The notes beneath the pieces were generated by a model. The model did not search any database. It worked only from the letters and a program-made list of their open reading frames with translations, and was not told where the DNA came from. From assembly GCA_024704765.1 (NCBI GenBank), contig JAKMXF010000322.1:124001-188000 (forward strand): a DNA stretch of 64,000 nucleotides, given 5' to 3'. Below, one piece after another: positions 1 to 13,200 of the stretch. This DNA comes from Oopsacas minuta (taxonomy: Eukaryota; Animalia; Porifera). The position numbers and the translations under genes were made by a program. Numbering within the stretch: position 1 is the first letter of the stretch; the number at the start of each line of letters is the position of its first letter.

Positions 1-265
1 GACCCTGCCAATAAACATAACACAAACATTTTAGGGCTGCGGATCCCAGGTTGAGAACCACTGGTCTAGCCTATTCTCATATAAAATTTGACTTTAGTAA
101 TTATAATATTTTATGAATGAACTAATTTCCCAGCTGATAACTCACAAAATAATGAACCGCCCGCATGCATATTCAGGTGGAACTAATTTTGAGCTGAAAC
201 AAGTTTCCTTTACTAATTTGTAAATATTTGCTAGCGGAAAATGCAGATTTTTATCAACCTGGACT

Positions 266-2832
266 ATGGATATTGACAATTTTCTAATTCTGACTAATCC
301 CCTGATACCCTCAATATCCTCCTACATACGCCAAATAGAAATAAACCAATCAAATCACAGTCTGCCATATGAAATTATTCTAACAATTCGACACCCTAAA
401 GTTGTCCAAAAATCTTACAAAAATGAAAAAAGATTTTTCTGCCCGTCACCCTCATTCAAAATCTCCGGAAATGGATGGCGATTATGGCAACGTAGTTATC
501 TCACCACAGAACAGTTAGCCAATCAAAATAATGAAGTCTCTAATGGCGCCAAATCTAACGTGGGAATGTTTCCACAATGTGTCGCTCTTGTCGACACATT
601 GCCTGAATTTGGACAAGGGACACAATTGAAAGATGGCTACGCTTCTTTCAAATCTCTTTTCTTCAGTGACAGAGATAAAAGAAAGGTTTTTAGCATAAAA
701 AGGTGTGAAAAATGTTATTTTATTGAATTCTATTTTTAGGTTTTTCGAATTGAAACTAAAATTTATTTGAGGCCGAACATTTGCCTTGGAACTTTCTTAT
801 CCAATCAAATTCGAGTAATTTCAAAACCTTCAAAGAAAAAGCAAACTGGCGCCAAGGCAGATAAAATCAACATTCCATTCTCATTATCTTGTAACCAAAG
901 AAATGGTGCTACATATTTACAGCCTAGTTCCAGTACTCAGGAACTGAATTCACAAGATCCTGCCTGTATTAGTTCCGGTTCCGAAATATGTATATTTAAC
1001 CGCGGGAGATCTCAGGCTATTGCTACAAGATACCTGTCAACCAATCAGAATGGAGCTTTTGGAGTAAGAAATATACTAATATACTAACAAACAAACAAAC
1101 AAACAAACAAATAAACAAATAAACAAATAAACAAACAAACAAACAAACAAACAAACAAATAAACAAATAAACAAATAAACAAACAAACAAACAAACAAAC
1201 AAATAAATACATTCTTTCTTTACTAGACATCAATAAACTTTTGGGATACTTTCACTATCGATTTGGTTGACAACAGATTAAGCGACGAGAATGTAGAATT
1301 TGATTGTAAAGAAGGTTACATAACTTATGGTTGCTATGCCCGCCTAACTTCTGAAAATGGTGTCACCTTACCAACTTTAAAACTAGAAAGAATTGAAAAA
1401 CAAAAATTGGCCGTTCCAAGCGAACGAGAGCCACTTGGACAACTTCAAAAGGTGTGAAAATATGTATATAAAGTTAGTGTTGCTTATTATAGCAATTTCG
1501 TTAGTGTGAACAATATATTCCATAGGTGGCGTTTCAGGTGGTCTCAACTGGACAATATTTGGCATTTAATGAGGACAGAATTGTCCAAGTGTCTTGTACA
1601 AGTCAGGAATTTGATGACCAAATACTGCCAGACTGCGCTTCACTCACAGTTGTAACTGTAGAAGAGGCCACGTGAGTTATTTGTGTTATTGGACTATGGA
1701 TGATAATAGGTAAATAGCTTCGATGTGTCGAGAAATTTCCAAGACCACTTTTGGGAGAGATCTGAGGTGTTTTATAGACCCATAGGGGCACAAACTGTAT
1801 ATTTTTAATAATTTTCAAGTTATCCATGATCCACTAATACAAATGTTTACTATGGATATATTATTTCAAACTGGAACTATGTTTAGGTATACTTTCCATC
1901 CGTTGCTATTCAACATACTCTCTCCTCCAACTCTAATTGGACCTTGTCCAACTATTTTACAAGTTGGTTCCACATTCATGCAAGGGAAGTACCTATTTTT
2001 AGAGCTTTTTGGTTCCAATTTTACTCCCAATCTGCTGGTGTTTTTCTCTACAATTCCAACATTGACATTCTATCGGTCATCGGAACTAATTTTTTGTTTA
2101 GTTCCATCTTATAAGCAATTCATTTCTGGAACTGAAACTATGGAAATATTTGACATTCCTTTGTATCTATGGAGGAAAGATGGAATTTTGTATCAAACCG
2201 TTCATAAATATGTTTACTGTTTACTTGAACATTTTGCAATTGATCAACGAAATGAAGATAGTTTACATACCAATGTTACTAGGCAACCAGATCTCCATAA
2301 AGAATTTGAGTTTAATCTTATGACTTCGAGAAATCTATTTTTCTCAGAGAATCAAATTCGACCTGGAACTAATATAATTTCTCCAGCTGATTATGGTTGT
2401 GAAAGTGGCACGAATTGTGTTGCACCAATTGGAACAAATGGAATATATAACCGGGAAGAATCCACCCCAGATATTCACACTGGAACTAACACCTTTTCGG
2501 GTATTTCTAGTACAAACATAATTTCCATGTTACCCTCAAATTATGCCACCTACTGCCAACCAATGATCCCAGAACGAAATTACCAAATTGGATCTAATTT
2601 TCAAACTGGAACTAACGTATTCGAACCACAAGTTGGAAGTTTGACTGATGGAATTGATCTTTCTACACCAGACTACCCAACAGGAGGTAACGTGTTTTCT
2701 TCACCTCAATTTAGAACTGGAACTAACTTACTTTTCCCGCCAAATGAATATGGAATTGTTTCAAACTCACAACCGGAAACAGTTTCAGTTCCAGAATCAC
2801 ATTACAGATTATCTACTGAATGCGATAATTAA
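266..2832 (+). CDS. RBPJ: CSL (Su(H)/RBP-J/LAG-1) family transcription factor, divergent; 5 exons (266-685, 740-1063, 1227-1451, 1526-1671, 1887-2832)
   Basis: Motifs HPKVVQKSYKNEKRFFCPSP, SDRDKRK, IRVISKPSKKKQ, FNRGRSQAIATRYL, EGYITYG, PLGQLQK, GSNFTPNL and LWRKDGILY match the CSL NTD, BTD and CTD in order. GT-AG junctions keep the frame. Confidence 0.9.
1087..1205. repeat. (AAAC/AAAT)n microsatellite, representative of tracts in most introns of the window
   Basis: Similar tracts at about 8900-9075, 9590-9820, 33735-33900, 39323-39505, 41838-41884 and 56465-56585, in both orientations. Confidence 0.95.
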
Positions 2833-3104
2833 TTGACTTCTAATAGATAGTTCCAATTCTAATCAAATGTCAGATTTATTTCCATTTGTAACACCTTTCT
2901 ATATTCTGAGAAAGAAATTTATGATAAGTGTCACACATATAAGGTGTTAAAAGTGACATTTGTGTACCTATAAATTCAGGTGTGAAACTTCCCCTATGGT
3001 AACAATATTTAGCACACACTATTATTAAATCTCCCAAAAACATAAACAATAACAAGAACTAAAACAGGATCCTAGTCCAATCCAGTAATATACACACAAA
3101 CTCT

Positions 3105-6100
3105 CTAGGTGGAGGCCTCGGTGAGTTTCTCTAACTGTACCTCATTGTTTTCCTTACGGACGCTACGACCACTACGTTGGGTTCGCCCTTTAATTCGTGT
3201 GGTCCTGAATTCCCGCACTTTTTCGTTACCCTTGGTCAAATTATAAATGGTCTTCTGGAGTCTGTTCCTCGGTTTTGTTTCCTCCTCCTCTTCGTCGTCG
3301 TCTTCTCTGGTTGCCAAGACCCCCTCGGTTATTAAGGGGTCGATTCCGAAAAATGCTGCAATCTATAAAATAGAGTGTAGTGTCATTTACACCTTTAGTT
3401 CCTATTTAGTGGATATTATATGAATCAATTAGATATGTGATAAGCCAATCAGATGATCGTGTTTGACACCTGAAAGTGTCAAAATCGAATTCTACGTCCC
3501 TGTTTACCTCAATTACCATTTGGAAGCTAACCTCTAAGAAAATTTTGAAGTATTCACCAAAAAGGTGTGAAATATGATTAATCATATGATAAATCAATGT
3601 AGTTACACTAATAGCATGTATTGACCAATAGAATTTCATTAACAATGCTAGAACCTAACACAAAAACCCTAAAATCTAATTGGCTTAATTATTAACTATG
3701 TCTACCATATTTGGAACTGGAACTGAAACTGTAACTTACTTGAATAGGGAAGAATATGTCCAATAGGACAATAGCGATCCCCAGACCAACAGAAATCAGT
3801 CCAGTGAACAGTGTGAGGTACCAGTGAGCACCATAATGTAACCTCAGGATAGCGTCCTCAAAGGGGAACTCAATCTCCGGGTCGTTTATATTGTTTGTAC
3901 TCCAAATTATAATACAGAGGACCATTAACGCGCCAATAAGGGTCAAGATCCATCCGCCACTCCTTATGCTGAAGAGGAACAGGACACACATGATAGCCCA
4001 AAGACAGAAGCATACCCTACAAGGATAAATAACTATGTCTTATGTTGTTGCTAGGGAGTACAGCTACATTTATTGGACCAAATAATCACGAAAAGGTGTG
4101 AAATGTAGTCCTCCTGGCCCTCTTAGCATATTCATTATACTCTACGGTGCATAAAATCCCCCTATGGTACCGGTTCCCAACGCATAGACTCTCTATACCA
4201 ATTTTAACACATTCTATGGACACCTCCCTTATACTGCAATTGATCCTGTGGACCCCACGTTGGGAGCCGCAGCCTAGGGCCCCTAAACCTCCCTCTAGAT
4301 AGCATAAATTCTCCCTCAAAGTGCCCAAACTATCCCCTAGGGTACATCATTTGTCCCTTATGGTGCCTATTCTCTCCCCTAGGGTGCCCAAACTCACCCC
4401 AGGGTATACAAACTCTCCCCCAGTGTATACAAACTATCCCCCAGGGTATACAAACTATCTCCCAGGGTACATATACTATCCCCCAGGGTACATATACTCT
4501 CCCCTTGGAGTCACAAATTTCAACTCACCATAATCCTGCATGCACATACCACCCTGATGTTCTATACTTTCTTCCCCAACGTATTTGTTCTCCATCAATG
4601 GTGAAGTACTCAACTATCCACAGAATGGGATACGGTTTTCCTCGCCACTGTCCGTCTCTGAATTGCTGGGCAATTTCACCCGCCTGAGTACCGAAACCAA
4701 GTCTTCCTTGGTCCCAGGTCCAAAAGAACCTTTCGTTGTAATTTATAGTTTCTCCATATTCGTTGCCCTCAGGTGCTAAAAAATTTATATAAATTTTTTG
4801 TAATTTATATTGCAAATTGGTTCAGGCGGGCAAACGAAAAATCTATTTATACTTTTCAGTGATTTGGCGGTAACCAATGCATTTTGAGAGTTGCCCCATG
4901 GGTAATTCTCATATTTGATTGGTTGAAAGAAGCTCGTATATTTCCCTAGAAAAATTTAGAAATTCCGAAGCCTTTTCCTGGATACGAACCTGTGATTTTG
5001 GTATTTATAATCATCCCAAGAAATGCATTTTGATTGTAGCTAAGATTTCTGATCGAATTCTGAAATATTTCCAAATTAGTGCAATTCTATTGTAATTAGC
5101 AAATTCAAATTTGTGACATAGATTAATTACAAAGTTCACGGCGACACAATTCCACGTGGTTCATATTGATTTCAACAAGTAGCCAATTTTAGGAAACTTA
5201 ATAGTTTGTTATTCTCAATTTCCACAGAATTGAAAGGAAATATCTTGTCTGACAACGAAGTTGTTTTAATGGAATGCTGAGAGATATTGGCGCCATACAA
5301 GTATCGTCTTCATTGCAACCAAATAATCCATAGGTATGTGTTTTAATTTTAACAGTCACTATTGAATTTAATTGAATTAGAAATTGCAACGAATCATTAT
5401 TGGAAATTTGTTTATTTGTTAATAATTGTTTACCAATTTTGTGAATAAACCCCGCATTTCAATTGGTCAATTCTAAAGTTGTAATTAACGTCAAAACTTG
5501 AATTTCATTGGTCAACTACCTACAAATTTTGTAATGTTTGTTTGTTTGTTTGTTTGTTGTTGTTTACAAACCTGTTAGGGTGATATTGATCCCTCTGAGT
5601 CCCATCTTGATACCAATATGAGCATCATGTAGTTCAATAGGTGTGAAAGCTTTATATTGTGTTGTTGTTACTATATCTCCAATTTCCCACTCCATTCCGA
5701 AATTGCCAACTACAGAATATATCTATTTTAACACCTCATTATTAATATGAAACTAAGAATAATACAAACTGTTTATAGTTTCAATTCATTATTGTCCACT
5801 TGTGTACGATTTTCATTGTTTGTATTGTTGTTTACTAGTTTGTTTACTAAATAACTTACGTGAGATCATTAGTCCAAGCCATATTGCAAACGTTACTCGC
5901 ATTAGTATGAAAAGTTTCTAAATATATGAAAAATCGTTAAATTGATAGAAGTTTTAGGTATATACATATTTTCACACCTTACCAAAGAGTATATGTAACT
6001 TAGAATTATAGAATACTAATAAACAAACAAACCCACAGCGAACTAACACACAAACACACAAACAAACAAGCAAACAAACAAACAGACAAGCAAACCCACA

Positions 6101-6334
6101 GCGAACAAACACAAACGAACAAGCAAGCAAACAAACAAATAAACAAACAAATAACTCTATGAATATCTAACATACCGGTAGCCATCCTCGTATCCCGGGT
6201 AACACAACAAGGAATGCAAAGAATACAGTCACATACGCCAGAATTATCCCGGCATCTACTGTATCAGCTGTAACCGGTACTCTGAAGTCAGGATAGTATG
6301 TAGGGAAGGGTGTGTATCTAAATGCGTTTCCCAT
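3105..6334 (-). CDS. DUOXA: Dual oxidase maturation factor (DUOXA/NIP); 6 exons (6334-6176, 5917-5860, 5709-5572, 4775-4529, 4016-3740, 3362-3105), about 378 aa
   Basis: Spliced ORF totals 1137 nt. Contains LPGIRG, NFGMEWE, IGIKMGLRGINITL, ETINYNERFFWTWDQGRLGFG, RGKPYPILWIVEYFTIDGE and LHYGAHWYLTLFTG, typical of DUOXA proteins. Confidence 0.92.
3454..3591 (-). mobile_element. About 140-bp intronic repeat (DUOXA intron 5), more diverged
   Basis: Reverse complement aligns to 22243-22382. Confidence 0.65.
4311..4510. repeat. Imperfect minisatellite, about 21-bp unit (CCCCAGGGTATACAAACTATC-like) x about 9, DUOXA intron
   Basis: Direct visual periodicity. Confidence 0.8.
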
Positions 6335-7201
6335 TGCCCTATTGTTGTTGACAGGTTCTAGCTATACATGTATATATCACACGCTTAATTTGGCCACAGG
6401 ACAGTGGAATGTTGGCCAAATTAAGTGGAGGTATTTGACACTATTTGTATGGTTCTGGTTCTGGTTCTGGCCATATATACATAGTTAATTCTTGTTATAA
6501 CTAAGCTGAAGGGACCGTGATAATTACTGAGATATGACCGATAGAATATATCTTACTTTGACAGTTTTGGGCCATATTTGTACAATATCACACTTCAAAT
6601 AAGTGGGTATTTCTATATATTCGTCTTAGATATAACAGGAGTGGGAGTACATATGAATTGGCCCATATTGGTCACACAAACACCCCCGCTATTTCCAGAA
6701 TTAGTCCAATCACCCAAAACAAATAGACAGCCAATTGACTCAGATTAAACAGTTCGGAAATATCAAAGTGTTAAGTATTGGATTATTTACGCGGGTGAGT
6801 TATGAAAAACGTGTCCGGTTACAAGAGTACCTGATTAGTGACGAAATGAGCCAATTGTCCAAGAAAATATATCAAATATACATGAAACAAATCTCAGATT
6901 TTTATAGTCTAAAATTCAATATGCACCTATTTCCATATAGAAACTATAGGTATAGTTTTGGAGATATTTATAGTGTCCTCTGGAAAGTTAAGACAGAGGC
7001 CTTGGAGGGTATATAAGGGGGAATCTGTAGGTATTATTCTATCGTTTTGTGGGGAGAAATCTGTTTTATCGATTCTGTTTTTGTATTTTTATTTTGGGCG
7101 AATTTTTAAATAATTTTTCTGTCACTTTTTAAACAAAAAAGATTCGATTTTTTCGATTTTGAAATTTTGATTTTTTACTGTATTAGTGATTAGTACATTC
7201 C
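6335..7201. promoter_or_regulatory. Putative bidirectional promoter shared by DUOXA (-) and DUOX (+)
   Basis: 867 bp separate the divergent start codons. Several CCAAT motifs lie at about 6706, 6732 and 6852, and a MITE-like insert at about 6482-6647. Confidence 0.6.
6482..6647. mobile_element. MITE, same family, inside the DUOXA/DUOX intergenic region
   Basis: Shares AAGGGACCG.GATAATTAC..GATATGACCGA..GGGTAT..TTAGATATAACAGGAG with 29954-30113. Confidence 0.65.
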
Positions 7202-10200
7202 ATGTGGGCTGTCGCGTTGCTAGTGCTCATTGGGCTTAGTGGCGGACTTGGGAGAGTATATATTCCAGCGGACATAGACTGGCCAACGGATCTAGAGTCT
7301 TTAGACTACAAACGTGAGTATTTTAATTGTCTGTCACACAAATATATTTATTTATTTATTGTTGTTATTTATTGTTGTTTATTTGTTGTTTAGGAGAATG
7401 GGAATGGGAAGGATATGACGGTTGGTACAATAATCTAGCTCATCCAGATTGGGGTGGTGCAGGTAAGTGTCATATGTTAAACACTACAAGTTGATTGGTG
7501 CAATTTTGTAAAGAAATCCTTCATTTTACCTACAATTTGATTGGCTATCAAATCCACATATAATCTTATAATAATAACTCTACAATTTGATTGGCTATCA
7601 ATTTCCATATAAATACTATTTTTAGAAATAATTAATTTGAGTTAACTTGACAACGGATAATACCTAAACTATTTATGTAGATAGTGAACTATCAAGACGA
7701 TTGCCCCATGCTTATTCAGATGGTACATACTTGCCCGCTGGTAACGACAGACCCCCTCCAATCCTAATCTCTGACCAGACAATGAAGGGAGTAACTGGAC
7801 ATGCTTCAGACGCCGCACAACGCAGGACTGCATTCTTTATCTTCTTTGGTAAGAATTTTAGAATTTTGACACGTGTTTTGTCATTTTAGGATCGATCATG
7901 TATCCACGAGGTCGTGAAGTTGTACAAATATGGTCCCAAACCTTCAAACTTACATATATTCCATTGGTGATTATCACAGTTCCTTAAGCTTAGATATACC
8001 GGAAGTTTACATATTTGTATATTCAACTATGATAAAATAACCTACATTCCATTCAGGTCAACAAGTTGTTGAGGAGATGTTAGACGCCCAGAGGGCCGGT
8101 TGCCCGCCTGAATACCTTGAGCTCGTGATCCCATTATGTCACGATCTCTATGACTTCGACTGTGCCGGTTACAAATTTATTCCCTTGCCAAGATCTAGGT
8201 ACAACAAGGTATCAGGACAAACACCTAATGTGCCAAGAGAACAGGTAGGTGTTAACAACTGGAACTAAATGTTAATGTATATTTGGAACTATAAAATAGT
8301 GGCTTTAACCACTTGTCACCTCTGTAGCTTAATGAGATAACACCATATTTGGATGGAGGATTATTCTACGGAGTGACAAAGACTTGGGCGGACTCTTTGA
8401 GACAATTAGCCGAAGGAGACGAAAGAGGCGCCTTAGCATCGTAAGTTCCAATTGCAACTATAAATATATGAACAACATTTTCACCTGTGGACCCTCTGCC
8501 GTCGTCCACAGGTCAGGTGAAAATGTTGGAATCACTTCCTTTAAATGGTCCCGTGTTACCCTTGTTTACTACTTAATTCTATTTTAGAACACCTGTAGCT
8601 GAGTATGATGACGTCGCGACACATTTACCCGCTATCAACACTATTGGATTACCTATGGCTAATCCCTCACCTCCTGCTAATCATACTCTATTCATAGTAA
8701 ACAGATTCTTCAGTTAGTTGTTGATATTTGTGTTTATTTTGGGGTGTTATATAGTAAACAAAGTGTAAGAAAACAAACAAGCAAACTTATAATATAACAA
8801 ACTAATAAACAAACTAGCAAACAACAAATAAACAACAAGCAAGCTTACAATAAATAAGCACAATTACACAAATAAATAAGTTAACAAACAACTCAACAAC
8901 AAACAAACAAACTAACAAACTAACAAACAAACTAGCTAACTAACTAACTAACAAACAAACAAACTAGCTAACTAACTAACTAACAAACAAACAAACTAAC
9001 AAACTAACAAACAAAAAACAAATAAACTAACAAAAAACAAACAAACAAAACAAACAAACAAATAAACAAACAAACCATTAACACAATTCATCCTTAACAG
9101 GACTCGGTAATCCAAGAGGTAATGAGAATCCCTTCCTCTTGGTGTGGGGTATTTTCTGGTACAGGGTACACAATTTCTTCGCTCATATTTTGAGATACCA
9201 GTACCCCGAGGAGCAGTGGAGAGATGAGCGGGTGTTTAACAGGGCTAGACAGTTCACAATAGCTGTGTACCAGGTTAGTAACTATGGTATAATTACTATC
9301 ACATTCTTAATCATATTTCCAGAAATTCTCCGTTTCCACACAGGCCTCATTGTGGAAGTAACACTGTATTTATTATTGTTTACATTTAGAAAGTTGTTTA
9401 CTTTGAATGGCTTCCTATTTTCCTCCAAAGAATGACTCCAGAAGAGCTTACAACATATGAGGGGTATTCTAGTGCTATATTCCCTGGGATAACTCACGTG
9501 TTTCAATCAGCTGCTATGAGATTTGGGCATACTCTTGTAACACCTGGTATCTGGAGGAGAACTAAAGACCCGTGAGTATTTACTGACAAACAAACAAACA
9601 AACAAACTACAAACTACAAACTACAAAGCAAACAAACTACAAACAAACAACATACGTACATACAAACAACAAACAACTAGCAAACTAACAAACATACTCG
9701 CAAACAAACAACAAACAACAAACAAACTAACAAACTAACAAACAAACTAACAAACAAACAACAAACTAACTAACTAACAAACAAACAACACACATACAAG
9801 CAAACAACAAGCAAACAAATAACATTGAGCTATTCTTTAGTGATACTGGTTTTTGTCACTTCGGTAACCCTTACTCATATTTGACTTCAGACAGTACTTC
9901 AGACCAACATAATGGTACATATAGAGGTGTTACTACTTGGGCTGATCTAGTGGCTAATGCGGAGAACTTGATGGACAATTCCACTTATGCACTCTTCCAA
10001 AAAACACTCCTGTAAGTGTTATTGTTATTTATTTGTTGTAATTATGCTTCACGCCTGAGTCTTATCAAATTCAACCGGGTTTATTGAAATTTGTATACAT
10101 AATTGTTGTTATTTAGTTCAGACCAAGCCCGCAGTAACTATAGACAAAGCCCTTTATTCGCCCTTCGTACGTGTAATGCTTACTGGAATGGTCCTGTTTA

Positions 10201-13200
10201 CATTCGGAATCCAAAGGACATTGAACCAATGTTAGAGGGGATGGCGTCTCAGTTAACCGAGAGGGAAGATTTCATTATTACTGAAGATCTGAGAGGCTTT
10301 GTAAGTAAACAAATTTGTAAACAAATAGTTAACATGTTAAGCAAGGTACTATTGAATTAATTTGCAAACAAACAGACAAACAACTAATAAACAAACAAAC
10401 AAACAAACATTTAACACCATTATTTTCAGGTATTCGGCCCGCTAGAAGCGAGTAGACGTGACCTAATGGCGGTGAACATATTACGAGGTAGGGACCATGG
10501 ATTACCAACTTATCCCGTAGCTAGAAGACAATTCCGAGTAGATCAAAATCGTACAATCACAGACTTCAATCAAATCAACGAATTTGGTGGATACAATTCT
10601 ACGAACCCAACACATGAATTACTGGTAAGTTATGTGCTACTTCTGTCAATTCTTGTGGCATACTTAACACCTCTGTCGCAAGGGTCAAATGCCACATTTT
10701 GTCCGGAATATATTGAGGAACTGGTAAGAACTATAGATTTGAAAGTTGGGAGGTGTATGGAATGTGATTAATCTAGAAACAAGTTCTAAGATCTAAGCGA
10801 TATCTAACATAGGTTAATTGGAATGCAGAAGTTAAGCAATAGCAATCTTACCCCGCGACACTTCTGCCACACGAGTTTATCCAGTAATTTGTGACTCTCT
10901 CTCCTGGGATAGTAGGAGAGTAACATATTGATTCTGTACCAATTGAGCCTCACGGTCAGTACGTTTAGGTGACCGCCAATCACGATTATAAACGTCTGGA
11001 CTGGTACCGCCATGGTCATTGACACTATTTGTGTTTACTGTATTGTATTTTAGAGGGCTGAGACTTTGGCAAATCTTGAGCGTCTCCGCGTTGTGTACAA
11101 TAATGACCTCAATTCAGTTGATATCTGGCCAGGAGGATTGCTGGAGACTGATCTCTTAGGACCAGGGCAACTGTTCACTGCAATCATATTTGACCAATTC
11201 GATAGGATCAGGAGATCAGATAGATTCTGGTTTGAGAATTATGAATTGAATGAGTGAGTTGTAAACAAAGTAGTAAACAATCTAACTGACAAACAAACTG
11301 ACAGATAGAGAGACAGACAAATAGACAAACATTTAAACAATCAAACAAACAAACAAACAAACAAACGAAACTGATAAACAGCAATTAATCCATTAGGGTA
11401 TTCACTAAAGCCGAAGTTGATTGGATCAAAAATGTTACCATACGAAAGCTCCTGGAGTGGGTCACAGATATTGACATGACTGGAATACAAGAAAATCCCT
11501 TCATATTCTCTCCTGACCCTGACCATTGTCCGCAACCATTCCAGTTGTCTCAGTTATGGATGGATCAATGTCTGCCAGTTGGTGGCACTGGGACTGTAAG
11601 TTTCTATTTGTAAATAACAACAATCTACTCACTACATATAATTAAGACAACAAACAAACAGATAAACAATGAATAAACAAACATTCAAATTTACAAACAA
11701 ATGACTTGCTAACGAACTTATAAACAAACACCTTCTCTCCCAAACACACAAACACACAAATTGACAAACAAACAAACAAACAAACAAACAACACCTTCTC
11801 TCCCTCTAGAACCTTGAATACGGTGAACTAAGAATTGGATTCTCTCAATCTCTTGATTTCTACTACAGTAATGCTCAGCAATGGTATAGTGTAGGATCAC
11901 ACCCTCTGGTTGTTACCATCATATTCCTTTACATTCTAATGGTTGTTACGGTGCTGTATGTCTTGGCTTTTATCAACAAGAAACGGCGCCTTAAGGTGAT
12001 AAGGACACATGGTGTACGTACTAAGACAGTAAAAGTAAGTAGAGTTACAAGTTTAATAGTGGACCCAGGGGTACTGAAAATGCTACCCCGTTACACTGTG
12101 ACATTTTAATCACAACAGCTATTTATTTTTGTTTACTCAAGGCAATAGGTGATGAAATAACCTTCCAAGATGACGGTGTGGTAATGACCGAATTGAAGGG
12201 AGACCCAAATACCGGCCATGACCGTCCCGTTAGATGTTCCCTAGAGGTCAAAAAGAAGGTTATTCACCTCTACTTCCAAGCTGCACGACTAAGGAAAATC
12301 GACCTTTCAGCACAACAGCAAAAAGTTGAGATCATAAAGGCGAAAGGAAGACCACTAATGGTCCTGAAATTTGATGTAGGATACGATTTAGCCCTCGAGA
12401 TGGACACAGAGGATATATACACAGAGGTGTGTTTGTTAATGAGTGTTTCAGTGACACATGGTGCCTATCTAAGCACGCGGGCAGGCGACACTTCATATCT
12501 CATTATTTATGACGTTATCATATTACAAAGTAGCCAATTCATGGAAAATTACAATAATTCTAATTAGAAATAGAATAGACTCAGATTAATAGATCCACCT
12601 GTCACTCGGGTCAGTTGGCCAGAAACAGAACCATACAAATAGTGTTAAATGACTCCAGTTAATCGGGTCAAATGGTCTCTGGTACCGGTACCGACCGAGC
12701 AGAGTCTATTGTATGTAAATTATCCCTCTAGTTCCACATTCCAGAGCTATTATGGTTACTATGTTCTATTTTTAGGTGTCTAGACAATTCACAACATTCT
12801 TTGATGGCATTGGTGTTGGTGTGAATATGTTTGAGGAATCTAAGAGGGAGGTAACGAGACGTCTCTATACTTATCAGAAGAGACAGAAGGATATTGAGTC
12901 TTTCTTCAAGGTAGTAAACAACAATAAATAAATAAACACAATAACACTGAGAAATATACAAATTTACAACTGAAAATATAATTTTTATTGCTATCTACTA
13001 ATCCAGCATTCCTTACCACATATTCTGTATCTAGGCAATATTCGCCCAGGAGAGCAGAGGAGCAGCCCCCACTAATCTCCCAGAAAACATTTCTAACCTC
13101 CAGCTGACTAAAGATGAATTTGCTGGGGTGCTTGGTCTTCAGGTGGGGTCTGTTTTCGTTGAGTACATGTTTGATTTAGCTGATAAAGATGCTTCTGGGA

